64,000 bases of DNA, taken from positions 800,001 to 864,000 of the forward strand of contig CBDEUS010000001.1 of NCBI GenBank assembly GCA_965243395.1, given 5' to 3'. A program made the position numbers and the translations under genes. Below, piece after piece: positions 1 to 10,440 of the stretch (position 1 is the first letter of the stretch; the number at the start of each line of letters is the position of its first letter). The stretch is from Gammaproteobacteria bacterium. GTDB taxonomy: Bacteria; Pseudomonadota; Gammaproteobacteria; UBA4575. The notes under the pieces are model-generated. The model was not told where the DNA came from. It ran no database searches and saw nothing but the letters and a program-made list of their open reading frames with translations.

Positions 1-2
1 AC

Positions 3-239
3 AAAGTGGTGCTTTTGAATGATGATTACACCCCTATGGAGTTTGTGGTACATATTTTAGAAAACTTTTTTAAGATGAATAGAGAGAAAGCTACACGCAT
101 TATGTTGCACGTACATACACGTGGCAAAGGTGTATGTGGTGTATTCACCCGTGATGTTGCTGAAACTAAAGTAGCACAAGTGAATGATTATTCGAGAATG
201 AATAATCACCCATTACTTTGCGCGATGGAAGAAGCTTAA
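3..239 (+). CDS. clpS: ATP-dependent Clp protease adaptor ClpS (5'-truncated by window edge)
   Basis: [16 protein letters not shown]...[10 protein letters not shown]...HPLLC motifs; directly upstream of clpA; frame open to the window edge. Confidence 0.97.
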   Translation, partial: KVVLLNDDYTPMEFVVHILENFFKMNREKATRIMLHVHTRGKGVCGVFTRDVAETKVAQVNDYSRMNNHPLLCAMEEA

Positions 240-251
240 GGGTAGGGAAGC

Positions 252-2528
252 ATGTTAAATAAAGAGCTAGAATTTACTCTAAACGTTGCATTCAAAGAAG
301 CGCGAGAAAAACGTCATGAGTTTATGACGGTAGAACATTTATTACTTGCGCTTACTCAAAATCCAGCAGCGGCTGATGTGTTACGAGCTTGTGGCACCAA
401 TCTAACAAAACTTGCAACTGAGCTTAGCGAATTTATAAGCGATAATACTCCGGTATTGCCTGAAGATGATGATCGGGACACGCAACCAACACTAGGATTT
501 CAGCGCGTATTGCAACGTGCAGTGTTTCATGTGCAATCGTCTGGTAAAAAAGAAGCAGAAGTTACCGGCGCAAATGTTTTGGTGGCTATATTTGGAGAAC
601 AAGAGTCGCATGCAGTTTATTTATTAGGGCAGCATGATATTGCACGTCTTGATGTTGTAAATTTCATTGCACATGGAATTTCAAAAGTCCCTATGGATTC
701 AGAAAATGAATTAACAGGTGAACCAGAACTGGATGTAAATGGTGACGCTCCTGCGCCAAAACCATTAGAGCGTTTTGCTACAAACTTAAATGCGAGAGCA
801 GTTGATGGGAAAATTGATCCATTAATTGGACGCGATAATGAAATAGAGCGAGTAGTACAAATTCTTTGCCGTCGCCGTAAAAATAATCCTTTATTAGTAG
901 GCGAAGCAGGTGTGGGGAAAACTGCTATAGCGGAAGGCTTAGCAAAAAGAATTGTTGAAAAACAAGTTCCTGAGATTTTACAAGACAGCACTATATATGC
1001 ATTAGACCTAGGCGGTTTGGTCGCTGGTACAAAATATCGTGGTGATTTTGAAAAGCGTTTAAAAGGTGTCTTGCATCAACTCAAAGAAGAAAAAGGTGCA
1101 ATTTTATTTATTGATGAGATTCATACTGTAATTGGAGCAGGTTCTGCATCGGGTGGTGTAATGGATGCGTCGAATTTAATTAAGCCAATGCTCAGTTCTG
1201 GTGAATTAAAGTGTATAGGTTCGACTACCTATCAAGAATTCCGCGGCGTGTTCGAAAAAGATCGTGCTTTAGCGCGTCGTTTCCAGAACATCGATATTGA
1301 TGAGCCTAGCGTGGATGAAACCTTCCAAATCCTTAAAGGATTGCGTAGTCGTTTTGAAGAACATCATGCTGTGAAGTATTCTGATAAAGCCTTAAAGACA
1401 GCGGCGGAACTTGCTGACAAGCATATAAATGACCGTCATTTACCGGATAAGGCAATCGATGTGATTGATGAGGCGGGTGCCAATATGAATCTCAAGCCGA
1501 AATCTGCACGCAAAAAAAATATTACCGTCAAGCAAATTGAAGATGTGGTTGCAAAAATGGCGCGTATCCCGCCTAAGCACGTTAGCTCCAATGATACTGA
1601 AATTCTTAAGAATCTAGAGCGTAACTTGAAGTTGGTTGTGTTTGGCCAAGATGATGCGATCAGTACTTTGTCTACCGCAATTAAAATGTCTCGGTCGGGT
1701 ATAGGCAATGAAGATAAGCCAATTGGTTCATTCTTATTTGCTGGTCCTACTGGTGTGGGTAAAACTGAAGTCACTCGGCAATTGTCCTTGATCCTTGGTA
1801 TTGAATTATTGCGTTTCGATATGTCTGAATACATGGAACGTCATACCGTATCGCGATTGATTGGAGCACCTCCCGGTTATGTAGGTTTTGATCAAGGCGG
1901 ACTTCTTACTGACGCGGTATTAAAAGCTCCCCACTGTGTTTTGTTGCTGGATGAAATTGAAAAAGCTCATCCGGACGTATTTAATTTGTTATTACAAGTT
2001 ATGGATCATGGAACCCTCACTGATACTAACGGACGCAAAGTAGACTTCCGAAATGTAATTCTTGTGATGACTACAAATGCAGGTGCGCATGAAATGAACC
2101 GTGCGAGTGTTGGCTTTACAACTCAAGACCATCAATCGGATGGTGCGGAAATAATTAAACGTACATTCACACCTGAATTTAGAAATCGACTGGATGGAAT
2201 TATTCAGTTCTCTCCACTTGATCAAAAAACCGTTCTTCATGTGGTTGATAAATTTGTTGCTCAACTCGAAGCGCAACTTGAATCTAAGAAAGTGGAAATA
2301 CATATCGAACCATCAGCAAAACAGTGGATTGCTGATCGCGGTTATGATGTGAAAATGGGTGCTCGACCGATGGATCGGATCATTCAAGAGCACATTAAGA
2401 AACCTCTTGCAGAAGAAATCTTGTTTGGCCGCTTAGAGCATGGTGGCAAAGTTGTTGTTCGCGCCAGCGAAGATCAGGCAGATAGCGATGAGCTAGAGAT
2501 CGAATTTCTAGAGAAAGTTACCAACTAA
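252..2528 (+). CDS. clpA: ATP-dependent Clp protease ATP-binding subunit ClpA
   Basis: N-terminal HEFMTVEHLLLAL; two Walker A motifs (GEAGVGKT, GPTGVGKT); GAPPGYVG; 758 aa; follows clpS. Confidence 0.98.
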   Translation: MLNKELEFTLNVAFKEAREKRHEFMTVEHLLLALTQNPAAADVLRACGTNLTKLATELSEFISDNTPVLPEDDDRDTQPTLGFQRVLQRAVFHVQSSGKKEAEVTGANVLVAIFGEQESHAVYLLGQHDIARLDVVNFIAHGISKVPMDSENELTGEPELDVNGDAPAPKPLERFATNLNARAVDGKIDPLIGRDNEIERVVQILCRRRKNNPLLVGEAGVGKTAIAEGLAKRIVEKQVPEILQDSTIYALDLGGLVAGTKYRGDFEKRLKGVLHQLKEEKGAILFIDEIHTVIGAGSASGGVMDASNLIKPMLSSGELKCIGSTTYQEFRGVFEKDRALARRFQNIDIDEPSVDETFQILKGLRSRFEEHHAVKYSDKALKTAAELADKHINDRHLPDKAIDVIDEAGANMNLKPKSARKKNITVKQIEDVVAKMARIPPKHVSSNDTEILKNLERNLKLVVFGQDDAISTLSTAIKMSRSGIGNEDKPIGSFLFAGPTGVGKTEVTRQLSLILGIELLRFDMSEYMERHTVSRLIGAPPGYVGFDQGGLLTDAVLKAPHCVLLLDEIEKAHPDVFNLLLQVMDHGTLTDTNGRKVDFRNVILVMTTNAGAHEMNRASVGFTTQDHQSDGAEIIKRTFTPEFRNRLDGIIQFSPLDQKTVLHVVDKFVAQLEAQLESKKVEIHIEPSAKQWIADRGYDVKMGARPMDRIIQEHIKKPLAEEILFGRLEHGGKVVVRASEDQADSDELEIEFLEKVTN

Positions 2529-2563
2529 CTTTTACTTTTCTGAACTTTTATTTCCTTGAGCTA

Positions 2564-2782
2564 CTACTTTCCGCGGAAAGTTATTCTACCTTTGGTAAGA
2601 TCGTAAGGAGTCATTTCAACAGTGACCTTGTCACCTGTCAAAATCTTAATGTAATGTTTACGCATGCGCCCTGATATGTGGGCGGTAATCGTATGCCCAT
2701 TCTCAAGCTCAACACGAAACATGGTATTAGGTAGGGTTTCAATAACCGTACCTTCCATTTCAATTTGATCTTCTTTTGCCAT
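2564..2782 (-). CDS. infA: Translation initiation factor IF-1
   Basis: [30 protein letters not shown]...; 72 aa; convergent with clpA as is usual in gammaproteobacteria. Confidence 0.99.
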   Translation of the reverse strand: MAKEDQIEMEGTVIETLPNTMFRVELENGHTITAHISGRMRKHYIKILTGDKVTVEMTPYDLTKGRITFRGK

Positions 2783-2915
2783 GCAGCTCTTTCATTAGAT
2801 TAAGAAGTCGCACATTATGGTAGAACAAAAAAATAAAACAAGGGATTTGATTTGTGAGTACAATGACTTACTCTAATTTCTCTCAGAATTTAATCATTTT
2901 TTAGCATTTTTTAAC

Positions 2916-3845
2916 ATGAGTCACGCATATATATTCCCTGGTCAGGGTTCACAGTCAGTAGGCATGCTTGCCGAGTTGGCTGATCAATACTCGGAGGTTA
3001 AAGAGACATTTGAACAAGCTTCGGATATTTTGCAACAGAATCTATGGGAGCTTGTAGCAAACGGACCGGATCATGAGATTAACCGAACAGAAAATACGCA
3101 ACCCATCATGCTATGCGCAAGTGTTGCTGTGTACAGAGTATGGGCTAAACAATTTGCAAAAGCTCCCATGTTTATGGCGGGGCATAGCTTTGGTGAATAC
3201 ACCGCTTTAGTCTGCTCTGGTGTATTAGAGTTTGAAAAAACAGTTCCACTTGCTCGTTATAGAGGTGAAATGATGCAGCAAGCGGTACCCGAAGGTCAGG
3301 GAGCAATGGCAGCAGTATTGGGTTTAGAAGATAGTAAACTGATAGAAGTATGCGCTGATGCTGCACAGGAGCAGGTCGTTGAAGCTGTAAACTTTAATGC
3401 ACCTGGACAAGTGGTGATTGCAGGTGATAGCGATGCGGTTAACCGAGCAATTGAAATGGCAAAAGCTGCAGGCGCTAAACGTGCAGTATTGTTGCCATTG
3501 AGTGTTCCTTCGCACAGTAGTTTGATGCAACCTGCCGCAGATAAATTGCGAGATTATTTAGCGGATATTAATTTGCAAGTTTCTGAACTGAAGGTTATAC
3601 ATAACGTTGATGTTAAATCTTATGACACTGAGCAAGAAATTAAGGATGCTCTATATCGACAATTGTTTAACCCTGTTCGATGGGTAGAAACAATTCAGTA
3701 TATGCTTACGGAAGGTGTGAGCGTATTTATCGAATTGGGTCCTGGTAAAGTACTTACTGGTTTAAGTAAGCGCATTGATAGAAGTGCTGCTTGTTATTGT
3801 GTACAAGATACTAAAAGCTTGGAGCAAGCATTAGAGAACTTATAA
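2916..3845 (+). CDS. fabD: Malonyl-CoA:ACP transacylase
   Basis: FPGQGSQ, GHSFGEY active-site motif, SVPSHS, ELGPGKVL. Confidence 0.97.
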   Translation: MSHAYIFPGQGSQSVGMLAELADQYSEVKETFEQASDILQQNLWELVANGPDHEINRTENTQPIMLCASVAVYRVWAKQFAKAPMFMAGHSFGEYTALVCSGVLEFEKTVPLARYRGEMMQQAVPEGQGAMAAVLGLEDSKLIEVCADAAQEQVVEAVNFNAPGQVVIAGDSDAVNRAIEMAKAAGAKRAVLLPLSVPSHSSLMQPAADKLRDYLADINLQVSELKVIHNVDVKSYDTEQEIKDALYRQLFNPVRWVETIQYMLTEGVSVFIELGPGKVLTGLSKRIDRSAACYCVQDTKSLEQALENL

Positions 3846-3877
3846 CTAAAAAATAAAGTTAAGTGAGAAAATAATCT

Positions 3878-4615
3878 ATGAGTAATCAAGTTGCGCTTGT
3901 TACAGGCGCCAGCCGTGGAATCGGTAAAGCAATTTTACATGGCTTAGGAGTTGGAGGTCATACTGTTGTAGGTACTGCGACTACTGAAAATGGTGCAAGC
4001 GCGATTCAAAATGAATTAGAACAGTCTGGACATGTAGGGTGTGGACTGGTTTTAGATGTAACACAAGATGAATCCATTAAAGCGTGTCTTGAAAAAATTA
4101 AATCAGAATTTAGTGCGCCCACCATTCTGATTAACAATGCAGGTATTACTAAAGACAATTTATTGATGCGCATGAAAGAGGAAGAATGGAATGATGTAAT
4201 CAATACGAATTTGTCATCTATATACCGACTTTCAAAAGCCTGCATGCGAGACATGATGAAAGCTAAGTCGGGGCGTATTATTAATATTTCTTCCGTAGTG
4301 GGTGCTTCTGGAAATGCTGGTCAAGCAAACTATGCTGCTGCCAAGGCAGGGATGATTGGTTTTACCAAATCACTTGCGCTAGAGGTGGCATCTCGCGGGA
4401 TTACTGTCAATGCTATCGCGCCAGGATTTATTGAGACGGACATGACCAGTGAATTAACAAGTGAGCAGCAAGATGCCTTACTAAAAAATGTGCCATTGGG
4501 CCGTATGGGCAATGTAAATGATATTGCCGGGGCGGTTAAATTTTTAATATCTGATGACGCCTCTTACATAACAGGTGAGACAATTCATGTTAATGGTGGC
4601 CTCTATATGGCCTAG
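3878..4615 (+). CDS. fabG: 3-oxoacyl-ACP reductase
   Basis: SDR motifs TGASRGIG, NNAGITKD, YAAAK; position between fabD and acpP. Confidence 0.97.
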   Translation: MSNQVALVTGASRGIGKAILHGLGVGGHTVVGTATTENGASAIQNELEQSGHVGCGLVLDVTQDESIKACLEKIKSEFSAPTILINNAGITKDNLLMRMKEEEWNDVINTNLSSIYRLSKACMRDMMKAKSGRIINISSVVGASGNAGQANYAAAKAGMIGFTKSLALEVASRGITVNAIAPGFIETDMTSELTSEQQDALLKNVPLGRMGNVNDIAGAVKFLISDDASYITGETIHVNGGLYMA

Positions 4616-4835
4616 AATATGTTAAATATCAAACACAATATTACTTCAACTTTATCACCTAACCTCTTGTATCTAATCAATAAACTCTCTTATTTTTTTT
4701 TTATAAACACTAAGACTAGTTTGGTATAACCTTAGATTAGCGGTATTTTACGGTGATAGCATGGTGAACACCTTTTCAATACAATAGCGACCCGATTAGG
4801 ATCGGACTAACAATTTGCAAAGAGGAAGCAGTTAT

Positions 4836-5069
4836 ATGAGCACAAATGAAGAGAGAGTAAAAAAGATTGTCGTAGAACAGTTAGGTGTGAGTGAGGATGA
4901 AGTAAAAGATGATGCGTCTTTTGTTGATGATCTTGGTGCAGACTCTTTAGATACGGTTGAATTAGTAATGGCGCTTGAAGAGGAATTTGAGTGTGAGATT
5001 CCTGACGAAGAAGCAGAGAAGATAACTACTGTTAAGCAAGCAATTGACTACGTTAACAGTCATCAATAA
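4836..5069 (+). CDS. acpP: Acyl carrier protein
   Basis: [20 protein letters not shown]; ATG at 4836 (after GAGGAAG) preferred over the TTG at 4815. Confidence 0.98.
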   Translation: MSTNEERVKKIVVEQLGVSEDEVKDDASFVDDLGADSLDTVELVMALEEEFECEIPDEEAEKITTVKQAIDYVNSHQ

Positions 5070-5156
5070 TTCGAGCGATTTCGCATGTAAGGTAGTTGAG
5101 TTGCAACAACTGTTTCTGCCTTTTCATTATTAAATTATCTAAATAGAGCAAATAAT

Positions 5157-6398
5157 ATGTCGCGTCGACGTGTAGCGGTGACAGGCTTAGGAATCGTTTC
5201 TCCAGTTGGATCAACGATTGAAAAAGCATGGGGCAATATAACCTCTGGTAAAAGTGGTATATCAAAAATTGATTGTTTTGATGCCAGTGCTTTTTCAGTG
5301 CAAATTGCTGGTCAAACGCGTGACTTTGTTGTGGATGATTATTTATCAAAAAAAGAACAGCGCAAAATGGATCCGTTTATTCACTATGGCATTGGTGCAG
5401 GAATTCAGGCCATAGAGGATTCAGGTTTTGAGGTTACAGAAGAAAACGCAGATCGAATAGGGGTTGCGATTGGTAGTGGCATTGGTGGACTGCCTGGAAT
5501 AGAAAAAAGCAATGAAGCTTATCTAAATGGTGGGCCTAAAAAAATCTCACCATTCTTTGTGCCTAGTAACATCATAAATATGGTTTCCGGTAATTTATCT
5601 ATTATGAAAGGATATCGTGGACCTAATATTTCTATAGTTTCTGCATGTACAACGGGTACTCATAATATAGGTGATGCCGCAAGAATGATTATGTATGGCG
5701 ATGCCGATATTATGATCGCAGGTGGTGCAGAAATGGCAACTTGTCCTCTGGGTATTGGTGGTTTTGCTGCAGCAAAAGCACTTTGTTCAACACACAACGA
5801 TGACCCTGAAGGTGCAAGTCGTCCGTTTGATTTAAATCGTAACGGTTTTGTATTAGGCGATGGCGCTGGAGTCGTTGTGCTGGAAGAATTTGAAAGTGCA
5901 AAAGCACGCTCGGCAAACATATATTGTGAGCTGGTCGGTTATGGCATGAGTAGCGATGCATACCACATGACATCTCCTGCTGAAGGTGGCAGTGGTGGAG
6001 CAAAATGCATGCAAAATGCATTAGCTGATGCAGGCTTAAATGTTTCAGATGTTAATTATATTAATGCACATGGTACTTCAACACCTGCTGGTGATGTTGC
6101 TGAAACGGAAGGGATTAAAAGTATATTTGAAGATGGTGCTCAAAATGTTGCAGTGAGTTCCACAAAATCTATGACCGGGCACTTGTTGGGTGCTGCCGGC
6201 GGGGTAGAAGCGGTATTTACTATTTTGGCAGTGCATAATAATGTCTTACCTCCTACCATAAATTATGATACACCCGATCCTAAGTGTGATCTTGATTATG
6301 TTCCGAATGAAGCACGTGAATCAGAGGTGAGTGTGGCAATTTCAAATTCGTTTGGTTTTGGGGGAACGAATGGAACGGTTGCCTTTAAGAGTGTCTAA
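5157..6398 (+). CDS. fabF: 3-oxoacyl-ACP synthase II
   Basis: SACTTG (catalytic Cys), [23 protein letters not shown]. Confidence 0.97.
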   Translation: MSRRRVAVTGLGIVSPVGSTIEKAWGNITSGKSGISKIDCFDASAFSVQIAGQTRDFVVDDYLSKKEQRKMDPFIHYGIGAGIQAIEDSGFEVTEENADRIGVAIGSGIGGLPGIEKSNEAYLNGGPKKISPFFVPSNIINMVSGNLSIMKGYRGPNISIVSACTTGTHNIGDAARMIMYGDADIMIAGGAEMATCPLGIGGFAAAKALCSTHNDDPEGASRPFDLNRNGFVLGDGAGVVVLEEFESAKARSANIYCELVGYGMSSDAYHMTSPAEGGSGGAKCMQNALADAGLNVSDVNYINAHGTSTPAGDVAETEGIKSIFEDGAQNVAVSSTKSMTGHLLGAAGGVEAVFTILAVHNNVLPPTINYDTPDPKCDLDYVPNEARESEVSVAISNSFGFGGTNGTVAFKSV

Positions 6399-6464
6399 AC
6401 CTTCTCGTTAATTTTCTATTGCATTTGTGTCATATTTGAATGATTCAAATGTAGATATGCATTT

Positions 6465-7274
6465 ATGCAAGCTCCTGAAGTCATCATCAATGGCGTTAAA
6501 TCTGGTCAACTTTCAAGTCTAGATCGTGGTTTGAATTATGGCGATGGAGTTTTTGAAACCATTGCCGTCAAGCAGGGTGAAATCCAATATTGGGATGATC
6601 ACTTAGAACGCCTGAAACACGGTTGTGATGTCCTTAAACTGCAAGGCTTGGATGCCAGTTTATTAAAAAATGAGGCTGAGCTGCTCATTGATTCGGATTC
6701 CAAATGTGTAATTAAGATTATAATCACTCGTGGCATAGGGGAACGTGGATATAAACCTACACAAAATCCTTTAACACGTATCGTACAGAAATTTTCATGG
6801 CCAGAGTTTTCTCCTGCATACACACAAGATGGAGTAAAGGTTACGCAATGTGATTTTTATTTATCACACCAAAGTGAACTGTCTGGAATTAAACATTTAA
6901 ATCGATTAGAGCAGGTATTAGCACGTAGTGAGTGGAATGATGAATTTCAAGAGGGCTTAGTTAGCGACAATCAAAATAATATTATTGAAGCAACATCGAG
7001 CAATGTTTTTTTTGAACAAGATGGAAGGCTGGTGACTCCTGACTTAGATCAATGTGGAGTAGCCGGCGTGATGCGTAAAAAAATAATCGAGTATTGCCAA
7101 TTTAATAATACTCAAATCGAAATACGTGAAGTTAAACAGACAGAATTGGGTAACTTTCAAGGCATGTGTTTATGTAACAGCATTATTGGTGTCTGGCCTG
7201 TTGCTGCATATTGTGAGCGCGAGCTTGCTAGAACCGCTATAATCGATCAATTAATGACTGAATTTAATCGCTAG
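6465..7274 (+). CDS. pabC: Aminodeoxychorismate lyase
   Basis: DRGLNYGDGVFET, IKHLNRLEQVLAR (PLP Lys), GVAGVMR; fabF-pabC-mltG synteny. Confidence 0.95.
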   Translation: MQAPEVIINGVKSGQLSSLDRGLNYGDGVFETIAVKQGEIQYWDDHLERLKHGCDVLKLQGLDASLLKNEAELLIDSDSKCVIKIIITRGIGERGYKPTQNPLTRIVQKFSWPEFSPAYTQDGVKVTQCDFYLSHQSELSGIKHLNRLEQVLARSEWNDEFQEGLVSDNQNNIIEATSSNVFFEQDGRLVTPDLDQCGVAGVMRKKIIEYCQFNNTQIEIREVKQTELGNFQGMCLCNSIIGVWPVAAYCERELARTAIIDQLMTEFNR

Positions 7275-7284
7275 GTATTTTTGC

Positions 7285-8316
7285 GTGAAAACATATACAC
7301 GTGTAATCAGTTCAATCTTAATAATTTTAACAATAGCGGTTACTCTGTTAACTGTTTATTTTAAGGAATATGCCAATACACCATTAAGTAAAAACGAAAT
7401 GGAAATGCAACTCATAATTGAGCCGGGCATGAATTTTAAACAGATCACGCAAAAATTAGTTGATCTTGACGTTGTGAATGAAACATTACCCTGGCATGTT
7501 TTTGGTCGTGTGAGCGGCGCTAGCAATTCCATTAAAGCAGGTGAATACACCATAAGGGGCAATTTAAGTCCGGTACAGTTATTAAACAAACTCATCAAGG
7601 GAGACACTATTCAGTTTAGCCTTACAGTGATTGAAGGCTGGACATTTAATCAACTATGGGATGCAGTGTTGAGTCATGAAAAAATAAAACAAACTGCAAC
7701 ATCAAAACAAGAGCTCCTTGAGGAGTTGGATATAACGCAACATCCGGAAGGTTGGTTTTATCCTGATACTTATTATTTTCCTGCAAATACCAGCAATGTC
7801 GAATTCTTTAAGCGTGCTTATGAGCATATGCAAAGTGTGCTTGAGGAAGAATGGTCTGATCGTGCTGAAGGCACACCATTGCAAAATCCTGAAGAGGTTT
7901 TAACTTTGGCTTCTATCATTGAAAAAGAAACCAGTGTAGAAGAAGAACGAAGCATGGTGGCAGCCGTTTTTGTAACAAGGCTGAAACGCGATATGCGCTT
8001 ACAAACTGATCCCACGGTAATTTATGGTTTGGGTGATGCGTATGATGGCAATATTCGTCGTAAAGATTTAAAGGCTGATACACCTTATAACACGTATGTT
8101 CATAAAGGCTTGCCTCCAACGCCGATTGCACTGCCAAGTCGTGCCTCGATTAACGCAGCGTTGCATCCTGCCAATAGTGAAGTGATCTTTTTTGTTTCAA
8201 AAGGAGATGGCACGCATCATTTTTCAAAAACGTATGAAGAGCATCGAGATGCCGTTGTTAAATATCAGCTAGGTGGGGATAAGCATAAATATAAAGCTAA
8301 TCACGCTATTCAGTAA
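7285..8316 (+). CDS. mltG: Endolytic transglycosylase MltG
   Basis: N-terminal TM; EGWFYPDTY, LASIIEKET, LQTDPTVIYG, TPYNTY..GLPPTPI. Confidence 0.96.
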   Translation: MKTYTRVISSILIILTIAVTLLTVYFKEYANTPLSKNEMEMQLIIEPGMNFKQITQKLVDLDVVNETLPWHVFGRVSGASNSIKAGEYTIRGNLSPVQLLNKLIKGDTIQFSLTVIEGWTFNQLWDAVLSHEKIKQTATSKQELLEELDITQHPEGWFYPDTYYFPANTSNVEFFKRAYEHMQSVLEEEWSDRAEGTPLQNPEEVLTLASIIEKETSVEEERSMVAAVFVTRLKRDMRLQTDPTVIYGLGDAYDGNIRRKDLKADTPYNTYVHKGLPPTPIALPSRASINAALHPANSEVIFFVSKGDGTHHFSKTYEEHRDAVVKYQLGGDKHKYKANHAIQ

Positions 8317-8328
8317 ATGTGACAAATC

Positions 8329-8985
8329 ATGGGTAAAGATACGGAAGAAATGTTCCATGGAAAGTTTATAACTTTTGAAGGAACGGAGGGAGTAGGAAAG
8401 ACTACCCAAATTCACTTATTAGAAAAATATTTACAGACAAAAAATATAAACTGTATCGTCACTCGTGAACCTGGCGGGACGCCTCTGGGTGAACGTATTA
8501 GAGAAATATTATTGAATAAAAAAAATGAATACATGGATGAGATGACGGAACTGCTGCTGATGTTTTCTGCGCGAGCACAACATTTAGAAGAAATTATTTA
8601 TCCAGCCTTAAAAAAAGAGACATGGGTATTATGCGACCGATTTACTGATGCAAGTTATGCCTATCAGGGAAGCGGGCGAGGAGTTCCCTACGAAAAAATC
8701 AGATTAATAGAAAGCGCTGTTCAAGGTAATTTCAAACCTGATTTAACCATTTTATTATCAGGAGATATCGAAACTGGAATGCGTAGAGTATCTAAACGTG
8801 GTAATAAAGATCGATTTGAGCTAGAAGAGGTAGAGTTTTTTGAACGAGTAAGACATGGTTATTTAAAGCTTGCTAAAAATAATGCTGAAAGGTTTGGAGT
8901 AATTGATGCAGATCAATCCATAGATAAGGTTGCACTAGCCATACAAGCAAAATGCAAGCAACGGTTTGCTGAATTGATCGTTTAA
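8329..8985 (+). CDS. tmk: Thymidylate kinase
   Basis: FITFEGTEGVGKTTQ, TREPGGT, LCDRFTDASYAYQG. Confidence 0.97.
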   Translation: MGKDTEEMFHGKFITFEGTEGVGKTTQIHLLEKYLQTKNINCIVTREPGGTPLGERIREILLNKKNEYMDEMTELLLMFSARAQHLEEIIYPALKKETWVLCDRFTDASYAYQGSGRGVPYEKIRLIESAVQGNFKPDLTILLSGDIETGMRRVSKRGNKDRFELEEVEFFERVRHGYLKLAKNNAERFGVIDADQSIDKVALAIQAKCKQRFAELIV

Positions 8986-8999
8986 TATAATTTAAATTT

Positions 9000-9992
9000 A
9001 TGATTTACCCATGGCAGATTGAAAATTGGCGACATGCAATTCGGTATCTAAAAGATAACCGATTAACTCATGCTGTATTGCTTAGTGGGGCTGAAGCTAT
9101 AGGCAAGCTTGAATTTTGTTTTGCTCTTATACAACGTATTAATTGCACAAATCCAACTTTAGATGATCATGCTTGTGGTGAATGCAAAGACTGTCGTTTA
9201 TTTGCGGCAGACACTCACCCAGATGTTCGCATGCTAAATGTGGATGATGAAGACATGAAATCATCCGAGCAAATTAAGGTAGATGATATTCGTGATATCA
9301 ATCAGTTCATGACCTTAAGTCGCCAACAAGGTGCTTATAAAATAGTTTGCATTAACCGTGCTGAGGCGATGAATGTTAATGCAGCTAATGCGCTTCTTAA
9401 GACTTTGGAAGAGCCACCAGAATTTTCACTATTATTTTTGGTTAGTCATCGTGTAGATGCTTTGCTACCGACGATTAGAAGCCGCTGTCAAACATGGAAA
9501 TTTGATTTACCTGATAGAGAACATGCTCTGTCTTGGTTGAATCAACAAGAACAACAAGTAGATTGGCTGCCTATGCTTAACTCAGCGGGTGGACGGCCAC
9601 TGCTCGCATTGGAGCTTAAGCGATCAGGCTTAGGGGCAGCCCGGGCTGGTTATTATGAAGATTTAAATCAATTTTTAATGGGCAAATGTAAAGTTACGAG
9701 AATCTCAGCCAAACATCAGGATGAGCCTCTGGAGAGGTTGGTGACATGGCAACAGGCCTGGTGTGCAGACTTGATTCGTTGTCATTACGATAATCAGCCA
9801 GTAACCCTTGAAAACCTCGACATTCGTCGGAGCTTGCATAGTCTAGTGGGTCAAGTAGACTTACATTTGCTATTCAGATTTATGGACAAACTTATTGAAT
9901 TACGTAGGTTTTCTACCGCGCCACTCAATAAGAGGTTGTTCATCGAAGACATGCTTATTCGATGTCAGGAAGTTCTAGAGCAACCGGTATAA
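9000..9992 (+). CDS. holB: DNA polymerase III subunit delta'
   Basis: YPWQ start, Zn cluster C...CGECKDC, HPD, AANALLKTLEEP, TIRSRC. Confidence 0.95.
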   Translation: MIYPWQIENWRHAIRYLKDNRLTHAVLLSGAEAIGKLEFCFALIQRINCTNPTLDDHACGECKDCRLFAADTHPDVRMLNVDDEDMKSSEQIKVDDIRDINQFMTLSRQQGAYKIVCINRAEAMNVNAANALLKTLEEPPEFSLLFLVSHRVDALLPTIRSRCQTWKFDLPDREHALSWLNQQEQQVDWLPMLNSAGGRPLLALELKRSGLGAARAGYYEDLNQFLMGKCKVTRISAKHQDEPLERLVTWQQAWCADLIRCHYDNQPVTLENLDIRRSLHSLVGQVDLHLLFRFMDKLIELRRFSTAPLNKRLFIEDMLIRCQEVLEQPV

Positions 9993-10015
9993 AGCCGAGA
10001 ATATACAACTAAATT

Positions 10016-10360
10016 ATGGCAGAAGGCAGCAGAGGCATACTATCGCTAGCAATTAAGGACAAAGGCTCCTTATATGCGGCCTATATTCCATTTATTAAAA
10101 ATGGTGGTCTGTTCATACCGACTAACAAAACATATAAGCTTAATGATGAAGTATTCATGCTTCTCACACTTATGGATGAGACCGAGCGCTTACCCGTAGC
10201 TGGAAATGTTGTATGGATCACCCCACCCAATGCTCAAGGCAATCGTACGGCTGGAATTGGTGTTCAGTTTAGTAAGCAAGACAATGGCCAGACAAGAAAT
10301 AAGATAGAAACCCTGCTCGCGGGTGCACTTCAGGCTGATCGACCTACCCACACTATGTAA
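10016..10360 (+). CDS. pilZ: Type IV pilus assembly PilZ protein (PA2960-type)
   Basis: LSLAIKDKGSLYAAYIPFIKNGGLFIPT...VWITP...RPTHTM; follows holB. Confidence 0.95.
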   Translation: MAEGSRGILSLAIKDKGSLYAAYIPFIKNGGLFIPTNKTYKLNDEVFMLLTLMDETERLPVAGNVVWITPPNAQGNRTAGIGVQFSKQDNGQTRNKIETLLAGALQADRPTHTM

Positions 10361-10384
10361 CTTGCGTATGATTGCGCAAGCTTT
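10361..10384 (+). terminator. Possible weak terminator hairpin after pilZ
   Basis: cttgcgta-tgat-tgcgcaag (8 bp with one GU) immediately after the stop codon; short U tail. Confidence 0.3.
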
Positions 10385-10440
10385 GGAATTGTTGTCTCAT
10401 AGAATGGTCTAGAGACATAATACTTCTATATTTTCTGTAA